From assembly GCA_964016885.1 (NCBI GenBank), contig OZ024744.1, positions 73,222,001 through 73,286,000 of the forward strand: DNA of 64,000 bases, written 5' to 3'. This DNA is from Eledone cirrhosa (taxonomy: Eukaryota). The notes below the pieces were generated by a model. That model saw only the letters and a program-made list of their open reading frames with translations. It was not told where the DNA came from and did no database searches. Both the position numbers and the translations under genes were made by a program. This document shows positions 38,632 through 52,620 of the stretch, piece by piece. The stretch's first letter is position 1, and each line of letters begins with the position of its first letter.

Positions 38632-40493
38632 CTATTTTGGTGTTGAAAGTGAAGAAAGAAAAGCACTTACCTCTCCGGGTTGCGTAATTTCCATGGCATC
38701 AGGTGTGTTGGGTGGAGGGATGTTTTGTGGTGGTGTGGGGGTACACGTGTGTGGTGGGGTTGGGGTATTTGGAGTTGTGTCAGGGAGAGGGGCGGTTATG
38801 GGGAAATCTTTCAAGAGGACGCGATTCAACGGTTTTAAACAGGGGGGGCTCACGTCCCGTCTAAATTGTTCTTTTAAGGAACGATAAAGGTCCAGAGGGA
38901 CCTTTATCATTTTTAAATGGGTGAAGTTCTCTGTTGAGATAAAGTTTGGCCCTTCGGTCTGCACCATAGGGTTATTGTTTATTAATTTAACCAGTTTTTT
39001 GTTTTCTTTATTTATATATGTGTATTGCAACGTCTTTTTTTGTGATGCTGTCAATGTTTCGGAGAGGGGAGGCGCAGATTTATTTTTGTTTGTTGAGGGT
39101 GGGGTGTTTTTGATTGGAGTTGGTGTTTGTGTGTGGGTTATTTGTGGTGTGCTGGGTGTGTGTTTTCTTTTTTTTCTTTTAACTTGTCTGAAGGCTTCTC
39201 CTCCTTCTTCTTCAGAAGTTGGGGGAAACTCTTCAGCGCTAGGTGGGAGGGACGTGTTGTGTGGTTGTTTTTTTTTGCGGGAGGGGTAGATTTGTTACTG
39301 TTTTTTTTATTATTTGTTTGGAATGGGTTTTGTGGTGGTGGTGGTAATGTTTGTGTCGTGCTTGTGGTTGGTGATGGTGGTGGTGATGTTTGTGTTGTGG
39401 TTGGTGGTGGTGATTTTTGTGTCGTGCTTGTGTTTGGTGCTGGTGGTGGTGATGTTTGTGTTGTGTTTGTGGTTGGTGGTGTCTGTATTTTGTTTGCTGT
39501 GTGTGGTATTAGTGTATTTTTGGAGGTGGGTGGTGCTGGTGTACTGTTTGTGGTGGGTGTGGGCAATAGTCCTTTTTGGGGGATACGTTTCGGGCAGTTA
39601 GCCTTAACGTGTCCCCTTTCCATGCATAAATAGCATGCTGGTCTTCTCCCCTCTACAATTATGTCTATTGGGGTAAGGTCATCCAGCCAGATGCGATCCG
39701 GGATTTGTGCTATTATTTCGGGCCTCATTTGGACTAGTATGTCGAGGCCCATTCCCAGGAACGCATCTCCAGTTGCCTTCCCCATTGACAGCATAGTGTC
39801 TTCGCCCATATCAATGAAGCCAGCAATAGCCCACCAGAAGTCCATTGTGGGCAGCATTGTTTTTACTTTTACTCTCTGTGTTCTTCTACCCATGTAGGAG
39901 GGATAGAAGCTATATGTTGTCGACGAGAGTGGGCTTAGGGAAAGCTTCTCCGCCGTTTCTTTGTCTCTTGTTAGGACCGAAATGCTGCCATAGAGTCGGT
40001 CCTTTCGTATGAAGAGAATATTCTTCATATAGTCTTTTAGGACTAACTCTATTTCCATTTGGCTGGGCTGTGCTGGCTTTCTTGTCTGGTTCAGTATAGT
40101 TCTGTATAGAACTGTGTTTTCTGCTCTGGCTTTCTTAAATTCTGGGGGGGGGGAGTTAATGGAAAACATTCCGTTCTCCCCCAAAACAATGTGTTTCTTT
40201 GCTTCGGCCAGTTTTTCTCTGGCGGCAGTTAGGTCAATTGGTGTGTATGTAATGGATTGTTTTGTTTTCTGGGCGAAAGTTGCCCTGTCGTTATTTGTAT
40301 TATTTTCTGTTTGTTTGTTTTCTGTTTGCTCATTTTCCTTAACATTTGTTTTTTCATTTTGTTTGTTTGTTTCAATGTCTAATTTTGTTGTAATTATTTT
40401 TTGTTCTTCAGACTTGGGGGGCGTGGCAGAGCTAATGGCAGACATGTCTGCCATCTTTTCCGCCATGCTGCCAAGAAAGAAATTTTTCGGCAA
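38632..40493 (-). pseudogene. LINE ORF1 (gag-like CCHC knuckle, Pro/Thr-rich repeats), frameshifted near the T-run at ~39267-39276
   Basis: CYLCMERGHVKANC, then TTQTSPPP-type repeats; continues in ORF 38632-39054. Confidence 0.85.
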
Positions 40494-40693
40494 AAATAGA
40501 TATTTATTTTACCCCCTAAAAAGGGGGTAAATGCAAAAATGTTTCCCTAAATAACAGTGTTCCAAATGTGTTGCACTAAAAAATTTATCCGGTACTTACA
40601 ATAGTAAGGGTAAATCCCGATGGAATAGCGGAGCCGATGCGAAGCGTGTCTTACTCTATCAAGATAGATAGATAGATAGATAGATAGGTAGAT

Positions 40694-40713
40694 ATGTTTA
40701 TCTATTAGCCACA
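40694..40713 (-). mobile_element. ~20-bp 3' stub of the Tx1 LINE inside (GATA)n
   Basis: ATGTTTATCTATTAGCCACA resembles the copy A terminus ATGTTTCTTTATTAGCCACA. Confidence 0.6.
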
Positions 40714-40748
40714 TAGATAGATAGATAGATAGAGAGAGAGCGAGAGTG

Positions 40749-40809
<61 letters not shown>

Positions 40810-41240
40810 TATATATATATATATATAGAGAGAGAGAGTGAGAGAGAAATATTGATGTAATGAATTCAAACGGTGGAAATATGGAAGGTAAGAAAGGTTG
40901 TGTTGTGAGAGGAAAATTGAATTATATAAAGAAATAAAGATATAAAGGAATAAAGATATAAAGGAATAAAGATATAAAGGAATAACGGAATAAAGAAAGT
41001 AATGTTGAAATAAAGGCAATAATAAGGAAGGATGTGATAAATGGAATAGATATGAGTTATATAAATCATGTATTTTAGGCAACAGCCCAAAGTAATAATC
41101 TGTATCGCTGGCATTAAAATCGATGAAGGTAAATAGGAAGAACAAAGCTGAACACATTCATACATATATACACATACACATATATATATATATGTGTATA
41201 TATATATATATATATACATGTGTGTGTGTGTGTGCGTGTG

Positions 41241-41292
<52 letters not shown>

Positions 41293-41695
41293 TACATATA
41301 TTCATACATACGTACATACATATGTACATACATACATACATAAATATATATATATATATATAATACATACATATACATACATACATACATACATACATAT
41401 ACAGGGACATACGCACGCATGCACACACACATCAGATACAGAGACACATACACACACATATACAGATATAGTCACTGGCATATACAGACGCTCACATTAA
41501 TAGACACATAGACACTCACATTCACATACATACATTCATGCACACACACTCAAATACTCACACAGGCACATCGACACACATACACACACTGACAGTAACA
41601 TTTATACACAAATACACATACATACATTCATACATATGCATACACTCAAATATTCACACCCACGCACACGCGTGTGGTCACACACACACACACAC

Positions 41696-41835
<140 letters not shown>

Positions 41836-41836
41836 T

Positions 41837-41867
<31 letters not shown>

Positions 41868-41972
41868 CGATGCAGATCGAATCTTGAGATGATCGATAGC
41901 GAAACGCGCGTCACCAATCAATAAATGTAATGAAGACATAACAAATCGTCCTTTTATCATTATTATTAGATA

Positions 41973-42655
41973 CTAGCTGGCCCGTCCGGCTGGCGCGGGA
42001 AAGGTATACCGCATTTTATCTTTTCAGAAATCCCCCCTACACTCCAGTGCAAAGATACCGCACGCCCTCTCAAGTCAGCGAGGTATGGGGGGGGGGGGTA
42101 ACGTGCTCTGATGTTGGGTTTGAATAGTTTTTAGGATCCCCAGTTCAGCAGCCAGTACGTTAAAGAAACTTGATAATTACAACAATAAAGGCTGAACAGA
42201 GAACACATTTTTTAAGAAACAATAATTTGTACAACCATAATGGAAATTCCAAGTAGCAGAAAATATTTAAATTACATTGTTAGAGCCTCAGAGTATACAA
42301 TATATTTTGTTCGGCCCTCCGGAGCAAAGATGAAGAGATTGTTTGGCGAGCTCACCCTAGAGCATCCTATATACAATTGACCATGGAAGAATCACTGATC
42401 TCGTCTCGCGGAAAAGCTCTGTAGACGTTGACCTCTGGACACTCCTGTCAGGAGCAGGTAAGCTGTAGTGACTTAGAGGCCTACCACCAAACTCCAGGAC
42501 ACTGTTTTCAAGACAAATGAGCGCCTCATTGAAAACGACATCGTATGTTACGTTTGGATTGTGTCTGCGTGTGCAGTGGAGGATGTCCTCAGCTAGATTT
42601 TAACGGTGGTTGTTCCACATTGCGAGAGGGTCGGCGAGAATTCAGTTGTGCAACA
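41973..42655 (-). mobile_element. Helitron derivative with RepHel fragments
   Basis: Minus-strand translation gives DPLAMWNNHR*NLAEDIL...FNEALICLE...GGRPLSHYSLPAPDR and FFHGQLYIGCSRVSSPNNLFIFAPEGRTKYIVYSEAL (42272-42391, Pif1-family helicase motif VI). GC-rich subterminus and CTAG at 41973. Confidence 0.82.
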
Positions 42656-43740
42656 CTACATTTTGGCCACTACATCATACCTCATAGGTAGATAGTACTG
42701 TGATGACATCTTTGGACAGTTGCTTATGATATGAGTAACATCTTCGATGTTAATTCGGCAGAGTCTGCACTTGTTGTCACATCTAGATGTTTTGCCTGCC
42801 TCCCTATCTCTTTTGTGAATCAGGTATTTTGTGTTAATTTCCTGTTCTTGGATTACAAAAACATATCCTTCAAAATAGGAGCCAATAAAGCGGTTGTTGG
42901 TCCAAGATAGACTATTTTGCTTATCTATATTATTCTCACTCTGGAGCTTCCTGGCAACATATCCTTTTTCAACTGAGATGGTGTCATTACTGTTGCAGTG
43001 ATCTTGGAGAAATAGGTTCAGGCAGGCTGTATACATCTTATACGCCAGGTTCTGGCATGTAATGGTCGGTAGGTTTTGCCAAGTTTGTGTCTTTGTTCTT
43101 GGGGACCAGTATTGTTTGTGCTAATGTCAACCTTTCTGGTATAAGCGTATCTCCCCTAAGAACTTGTTGGTAGAGGTTGATAAGATACATCCGATAGGAG
43201 ATCAGTTTTTTTGTACCAGTAGCCGACAATCATGTCTCTTCCCGGTGTTTTCTTATCTTGGAGTTTTCCTATCACAGTCTCAAGAGTACCCTCACTTATT
43301 TCGTATGTTTTTGTTATAGTATAGGAGCAATATCTCTGTTGGATTTCTTTTAGCGACACTGCGTCTTGGTTGAAATTCTTCTTTTCACTCCATATTTTTC
43401 TCCAAAAGGAATCTGTCTTTCTGGGATGGGGCCTCAGTGACATTTATTACTTTGCCCTTCATAGACAGATGTTTGGTTTCGTCTGAATCTTTTATTGATT
43501 ATTTTTCTTTCAGTCACCCTCTTCTGGTGTCGAAGTTTCTCGCTGATAGCTCTCAATTCTTGTTTGAGGGTGATCAGCTTATATTGAAGAGTTCTGGTTC
43601 TACTGTTACCAAACATCGTCTCTATTTAATTTGTCACTCTTTGTTGGTCAGGAATGAAGTTTTTTTGTTTTTGATTTCATGTAAGGAGCATTGTGACATA
43701 TCCTATAGTTTTTCGTAGGTCAGCAATCTTCTTTTCTATT
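42656..43740 (-). mobile_element. R4/Dong-clade RLE retrotransposon fragment, RT core deleted
   Basis: FWRKIW, KTPGRDMIVGYWYKK, TILVPK; then IQEQEINTKY...CRLC...EDVTHIISNC...RYDVVAK. Confidence 0.8.
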
Positions 43741-43751
43741 TTAGTTACATA

Positions 43752-44585
<834 letters not shown>

Positions 44586-44591
44586 CTTCAA

Positions 44592-44645
<54 letters not shown>

Positions 44646-45409
44646 TATATGAATAAAGTGGTCATTCATCAGTGATCTTCCAACCATCATCGGTATTTCT
44701 TCGCTTTAAAGACCATATACCTCCGGTTTGTGCGAGCAACGGCTAAAGAAAGTCGTTGGGACATGTAAACAAAGGGAACAGCGAGAGTGTAAACAAACAA
44801 AGATGGTGAAGCAACGAAAAGTGAGGAAGAGCGAGTCAAGTCCAAAAATTTCCATGAATATAAGTTCGGTGAAATCGTGAACGAGAGAGAAAGACCATCA
44901 AACCTGGTTGAAATGTGAGCAAGGAAGGAATTTCGCACAGGTCTAACGGGAGGAAGAAGGGGTCTAGTCTGTGAATTCGGTAAACATAAGTTCTGTGAAA
45001 TCGTAGACGAGAGAGAGAAAAAATTCCGACCGGCCTGGCCAAGCGTGCGAAAGAAAAGAATTACGCACAGGTCAAACGGGAAGAAGGAGGAGGAGGAGAG
45101 GTAGTAACAGAGAGTGAGTGAGTGAAGGGTGAGGAAGAGGCTAACAGAGAGAGTGACTGTTAGAGAGGGTAAAGATACAGAGAAAGAGGAAGCAGTAAGA
45201 ACGAAATAGACTGGTCACAGCGGGAGAAAAAAATGTGTAAATATGAGAATAAACGTGCTGCGGTAAAGTGTTTAACAATATTCAATCAGTATGTCAAAGA
45301 ATGAGTTTTACAGTAGATTGGAAGCACTCTACGAAAAAAATAATTTTCCAGAGTTATTAATATTAAAATACAAATATTAATAAAATAGATGTTTTTTTGA
45401 TCAATTACA

Positions 45410-45460
45410 TTTTATTATACATATTTCGGGTGTACAACAGTACGTCCTCATCAGACAAAA
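45410..45460 (-). ncRNA. Minimal type I hammerhead ribozyme motif
   Basis: TTTTGT-CTGATGA-GGacGTAC-tgtt-GTACacCC-GAAA-TATGTA-TA-ATAAAA. Confidence 0.72.
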
Positions 45461-46544
45461 TATAATGATACATGACGTACCCTGTAGTGATTAACCTAAG
45501 AGAAAATTTAACATTTATACCCTAATTATGAGAAGATGCGAAAACGTAATAAATTGAATAGAGAATGTGTGAGTAAGAAAAACGTTGCTTAATGTAACTG
45601 TTATAGAGATTTTAAAATGTATGATACTACGATTTATCTAGGAAACATCTCATGAATCATAACAGCCAGTGATAGCCCCTGGAAAAGGATTTATAGAGAG
45701 GGAAAGATAAAGGGGCGGGGGGTGATATATGCAGAAGGAGATTTTTCCGCGAAAGTTAAACGGTTAATTTTGAAAATATTTAATTTATAATTTTAGGGTG
45801 AAGAATCAAGATTTCAGGATTTTTTTGCTGGTTATTTATATATTAGTTTTTTAAATTCTATAAGTGTGTTAACATTTCTAAGCTTCTGCGTTTTATGAGG
45901 GTAACATTTAAAGGATTTAGCTGGCACATCAAGAATGAAATTTTATACTGTTGATTATTTTCCTAAATTTAAACTTTAACAAAGATACCAACATATTAGG
46001 TATGTAAAGCTTTTGAAGTACTTATTGTTAGAAATATTTAAATAACGATTATGTATATAGATATATATTAATGAGCCAGTATATTTTAGGTAAATAATAA
46101 CGACGAAGATAAAAATAAAATAATAGATTGAGGCATGTTAAGGTTAAATATACACCTATATATAACTGGGTGTAAATGCATTAATTATTCTTTAACGAAG
46201 ATACCAACATGTAAATTGTTGTTCTTGATGTTGTGTCCAGCCATGATGTTTATAGCAAATCCTTGTAAAATGAATTATGTATTTAGTCGGATATCTCTAC
46301 GAATTCGAATAAAAGGTGTCTTCAGTGGTTAGAATATATAGTTATTCAACATGACTGGTAGTTGTGGCATTACTGTCGGAGATAGTATTCATCTTAAATT
46401 TAATGAATAGTCTCCCACGCCAAAATGTGCAACTGATCGCGTTGACTGACTGTCTATGTATGTATGTATGTATGTATGTATGTATGTATGTATGTATGTA
46501 TGTATGTATGTATGTATGTATGTATGTATGTATGTATGTGAAAT

Positions 46545-47281
46545 AATTTAGCTCTGGGTGTATTTCGTCCCAGTGTAGCTTCATTCTGTTTATATAGCCA
46601 ATGGAGGGATTCTTTTTTGCCATTTTATAACAATTGAATAAATCATCATTAAGTTCGTAACACCAAGAGAAATGTCAGGTCACCAGTTGGTGCTACTGGT
46701 AACATGTATCCCAGTACAACCTGTCCCATGGTCGGGTCGTTGGCGACTAAACTGGCAACCCCACCAAGGTTTCTTGGTGAGGAGGGTGACTTTGGATATC
46801 CTGCAGGACTAAATACAAAACCTGTCAAAGGTCAAAGGAGCTCTTAAGAGTCAATGGCCATCTAAAATCACCGGGAGAGATGACCCATAGCCTTTGTCCA
46901 GGCAGAATTCTAGGAGAAGGAAAACTCTGATATAACACCTGCAACCCTGATGGTATCCAATGATGTTGACTTGTTCTTCTTTTTGGTAAATATCATCTTG
47001 GTTAAAAGAGTGGGACTGGCTTTGTGCAGTGCCTTTGCTCACTATAAAAGCTTCACGGCACAGGCATTGCTTTATATCTGGAGATCTCTCTGCACTTGTC
47101 GTCACAGGGTACCATGGGCCCAGCACTATGTGTCAATAATTGTCACAAGTGTAGTGTTTGTACCAAAGTTTTCAAATCGCTGACTGGACTAAAAATCACA
47201 CTCGTTCAGCGCATCGGTAGGGGTTCTCCTACATGGATATAAAGTAGTGGCCGTACTCGAAAACGAGTTGGCAGCCACCAT
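46545..47281 (-). mobile_element. Probable 5' region of an R4/Dong-like element (~600-bp leader plus N-terminal ORF piece), bounded by (TATG)n
   Basis: WCYELNDDLFNCYKMAK...GYINRMKLHWDEIHP. The leader recurs at 54394-55005 and partly at 59914-60121. Confidence 0.6.
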
Positions 47282-47645
47282 GTATGTATGTATGTATGTA
47301 TGTATGTATGTATGTATGTATGTATGTATGTATGTATGTATGTATGTATGTATGTATGTATGTATGCAAAAATACATGAACTCCAACCACAGCCGGCTAT
47401 TCCCAGTGAATGTTTTGGTTACCGACTCTGTGCAAGACATTTTAGATCATTGGCTGGGCTAAATAGCCACATTCGATCGCAGCGCTGTTAATTGCTATCG
47501 TGTGTGTGTAGAGAGAGATATGTTTATGTGTGTGCATGTGTGTGTATATATATATATGTATATTATTATTGTTGTTGTTGTTATTATTGTTGTTGTTATT
47601 ATTATTATTATTATTGTTATTAATATATATATATATATATATATA

Positions 47646-47830
47646 TCATCATCATCACCGTTTTACGTCCGTTCTTCCACGCTAGCATGGGTTAGACGGG
47701 TTGTCCTGTTGTGGGCAGTGTCTGGTCGGCTGACCATGCCTTGCTCATACAGGAACTGATTTTGGCTTGATTTCTACAGCTGGATGCCCTTCCTAACACC
47801 AACCTCATTTACAGTGAGTGCTGGGTGCTT
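47646..47830 (-). mobile_element. SINE/LINE 3'-end fragment with (GAT)n tail
   Basis: CATCATCATCACCGTTTTACGTCC...GCTAGCATGGGTTAGACGG...GGATGCCCTTCCTAAC. Confidence 0.5.
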
Positions 47831-48060
47831 TTTAGTGGCGCCTACACGTCCACTTTACAGTGTGGGCTGGGTGCTTTTTTGCCGTGGCACCTCCACGACC
47901 ACCTTGCAGTGGGAGGGTGTGGGGCATATTGTCTATATCCTTCAGCTTGTACCCATGGGAGGTCGGGTACTCTGTATATATATATATTTTTTTTCCCTCG
48001 TGCAATGGCCATACTCGATAACGAGGGGGCAGACATCATCATGTATGTATGTATGTATGT

Positions 48061-48670
48061 TCTTGTGGTTTTATAATTTCACAAATTTTTGCCAATAGAG
48101 AGAGAGTCGGTTTCTAACATAGAATTTACACGATATCAACTAGATAGATATATATGAATTCTACATGCATGCACGTGTAGATATGGATGTTATTGTATGT
48201 GTGGATGTGTATGTTTTGAGTTGTATGTGTGCATGTGTATATGCTTTGTATCTGTACATGTGTATATGCAGTTATTAGATGCAAAATATTTGGAATGTTT
48301 TACATATTTTTACTGTTCCATTAATGGATTGTACTTGTAATTTCCTAACTAGTTGTGTTGTTTCTGTTCCTGTGAAGCCTAGCTTCTCAATATATGTATT
48401 GAGGCAGTTACTAACATATCCCAGTGCCCCAATAATCACAGGAATAAATCTGAAGATGTAATCAGGGTAGAGTATCTGCAGATTTATCATCAGTTCTGCA
48501 TAAATATTCTCCTTTTCGCTAATCTTTGATATTATATTGGCATCTGCTGGGCAGCTAACTTCCACTACTGTGCATACCTTCTTTTCCTTGTCCCATATCA
48601 TAATATCTGGTCTGTTATGCCTGCATTTTATTGGGGTTTTTACTGGAACATTCCACCAGTACTCTTTCTT
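48061..48670 (-). mobile_element. 5'-truncated R4/Dong-like insertion (RLE domain + 3' UTR) within (TATG)n
   Basis: YWWNVPV...HNRPDIMIWDK...VEVSCP...KENIY...IPVIIGALG; both ends abut (TATG)n. Confidence 0.85.
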
Positions 48671-49377
48671 ATGTATGTATGTATGTATGTATGTATGTAT
48701 GTATGTATGTATGTATGTATGTATGTATGTATGTATGTATTATGTATGTATGTTTGTCTTAAGCCAGAAGGCTCGTTAGGTCGGTTTCATGGCGTGAGAG
48801 TACAAGACTGAGAGTACAAGACTTCCACCTGGACAGGACGCCAGTCCAACGAAGGTTTAAACCCTCAGCTATTGCTTCTGGTACCCATTTTCAGCTGAGT
48901 ATACTGGAGCAACGTGAAGTATTTTGCTCTCTAAGCCTAAACTCTGTCTCAAGCTAGAAGGCTCGCTAGGCCGTGCTTATCCCGGTTTCATGGTGTGAGA
49001 GTACAAGACTGAGAGTACAAGACTGAGAGTACAAGACTGAGAGTACAAGACTACCCCACTGGACATGACACCAGGTCCATTGCTGGGTTAAACCCCGAGG
49101 CATATTGCCGGTACTCATTTTCAGCTGAGTATACTCCACTTAGTAACATAATGTCGTCCATTTAATTTACCTTACATATCTATAACATACTTTGGTCAGT
49201 TCAATCTACCTGGAATATATTTGTTGTCCCCACAAAAAATCGATACTTTGGAATATATCAACGTTCATTTAATCACATATATCGCTGTCGTGTGTGGACT
49301 TTTAAAAGAAACCGATATTACCAATTAGATCTTTCATTTGAATTCACACGTTCATCTTCCATTCTTTCTTTGTTCTT

Positions 49378-50010
<633 letters not shown>

Positions 50011-50285
50011 CCCATCTTTAGAAATATAGTGCAATATCTTATTAGTGTTTAATGGCATTTTTAATAATTGCTTCATCAATTTCTTTTTTATTATAATTAT
50101 TGTTTTTTTTTTCTTTATTTTTCATTTATATATTATTTTCTTTTTGTATATTTATTAGTATCTCTCCCTCTTTCTATAATCCATACACCACTCAGCTATC
50201 TATCTCCCCCCCATCTCTCTCTCTCTTTGTATGTAGATATGTATGTGTATATGTATGTATGTATATATGTATGTATATATGTATG

Positions 50286-50319
<34 letters not shown>

Positions 50320-50536
50320 TGTATGTATGTATGTATGTATGTATGTATGTATGTATGTATGTATGTTTATATGTATGTATGTACATATATGTATGATTGT
50401 ATGTAAGTATGTATATATGTATGTATGTATATATCTAGATATGTATGTATGTATGTATATATGTATGTATATATATGTATATATGAACGTACATATATAT
50501 TTATGCATGTTTGCCAGTGTACTGAAAAATATACTC

Positions 50537-50618
<82 letters not shown>

Positions 50619-50664
50619 TATATATATATATAAACATACATATATATATATATACATATAAACA

Positions 50665-50748
<84 letters not shown>

Positions 50749-51338
50749 CATATATATACATTTTTATATATATATATATATATACTGAGTAAGTAATATA
50801 TCCTAATACTTAACAATAACTATTGATTCACATCTTCATTCAAGTTTGCAATATAATGGATGTCACAGATATTTGATTTTTGTTTAATAATTGCTTTGTG
50901 ATATTCACAAAGTCTAACCATGCAGTCTTTTGTTTTCTTAATAATATAGACGTCTCTTACACGAGGCTTCATTGTATTTATATAAATATTGTTCCTTTTT
51001 TTGTTTTGTTTTTATTAGCTTTTCAAGTTATACGGCCAATTTCTTCCAGTTCGCTTAGGCTGCAATCTAGTAATGTAATTCCCTATAAAATATTCGTGTA
51101 AGCTATTATTGTTGTTGCTGTTGTGGTGTTGCTGTTGTTGCTACTGTTGTTGTTCTTGTTGCTGATGGTGCTGTTGTTGCTGTTGTTACATATGTTATTG
51201 TTGTTGTTACTGTTGTTACTTGTTGTTATTGTTGCTATTATTATTTGAAAGGAGGTATATATATATATATGTGTGTAAACATGTGTGTAGTTATTGTACT
51301 GCTGTACACATACATACGTACAGACAAACAAACACACG

Positions 51339-51441
<103 letters not shown>

Positions 51442-51452
51442 ACACCCACCCA

Positions 51453-51493
<41 letters not shown>

Positions 51494-51504
51494 ACACACA
51501 CACA

Positions 51505-51549
<45 letters not shown>

Positions 51550-51566
51550 ATCACACACACACTCTT

Positions 51567-51609
<43 letters not shown>

Positions 51610-51921
51610 CTGTCACGTACATACACTTACACAAACAAAAACATACATACACATGTACATATATATATACATGTGTGTGTGTGTGTGTGTATATAATATA
51701 TAAATATATATATATGTTTTTTGTCGATCGACTTTCGTCAAATCGGACCGAGGAAACAATGTTTCCGTCGGTCTTTCCAATTGCTAATACTATCTATCGG
51801 TCGCAACTCCAGGTAGAAGGACCAATGTGAAATAAAGGACATAACGTATCGCCTGGTCCAAGAATCGAACTGACAACCTCACGATTGCAAATCCAGTTCT
51901 CTAACCAATCAGCAACACGCC

Positions 51922-52015
<94 letters not shown>

Positions 52016-52244
52016 CGCTCATACATATATATATATTTGTATGTATGTATATATGTCTATCGTAAAAAAATTTATCGTAAATCAATGAACAAATTAAGAA
52101 CCTATCTTCACCTTTGTTTTATTTTCATTGTTCAACACACACACATACACACACACATACACACACACCACTCTCATATATATATATAATCAAATATGGA
52201 AAAGCAACAAGTTAAGAAAACAATCTTTACTTACTCACTGTAAT

Positions 52245-52322
52245 GTCCCTACTGCAGTTTCATTGGGAAAATAACAATACTCCGAGTAGAGTATCACGAG
52301 AAATCTCAAATCATCAGGAGAC
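52245..52322 (-). ncRNA. Type I hammerhead ribozyme motif
   Basis: GTCTC-CTGATGA-tTTGAGA..GATACTC/GAGTATT..TCCCAAt-GAAA-CTGCAG-TA-GGGAC. Confidence 0.7.
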
Positions 52323-52520
52323 TTTCTCAGTCCAGAAATAAAATTCAAGACAAGAATTTCCAGCCGTTCGCTGTCAGTGAAAATTTCGATACACTAATAC
52401 ATACACACACACTAAGTACACCTAACGGTTCTTGTTTTCCCTCTTCATTTTCTTTTTTTTTATGCGTCTTTACTGGACCTTTCTTCTGTTTCTATATTAT
52501 GATCCTGTCTCTATTTTGTA

Positions 52521-52554
52521 TTCCTGAAGTAGGGCTTAAGCCCGACACGTCGAA
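52521..52554 (+). ncRNA. Degenerate minimal hammerhead motif
   Basis: TTC-CTGAAGTA-GGGC-ttaa-GCCC-GACA-CG-TC-GAA (two core substitutions). Confidence 0.5.
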
Positions 52555-52620
52555 CTTTTTTCCTCTTTCTAATACAAAGCGTGAAACTAATAAGATTTTT
52601 TGTACCCCTGTTTGCTGTCT

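Larger units (their letters stand above)
34970..40662 (-). mobile_element. Tx1-clade LINE copy C, full length (~5.7 kb: 5' UTR, ORF1, ORF2, 3' UTR)
   Basis: Two-ORF layout; both termini directly abut (GATA)n. Confidence 0.95.

Noticed and set aside
25439-40530. Plus-strand and alternate-frame ORFs over the Tx1 copies
   Set aside because: Shadow ORFs of GC-rich LINE coding sequence with no independent motifs.
45460-46330. Degenerate PLE GIY-YIG upstream of the 45410 hammerhead
   Set aside because: Only faint VIYRC and YTGS-like traces among many stops; not supportable without a profile search.
46672-46765. HDV-like ribozyme on the plus strand (GTCG-ttgg-CGAC-TAA-ACTGG)
   Set aside because: P4, J4/2 and P2-like pieces exist, but I could not build P1, P3 and L3 in the right order, and it is antisense to the inferred element.
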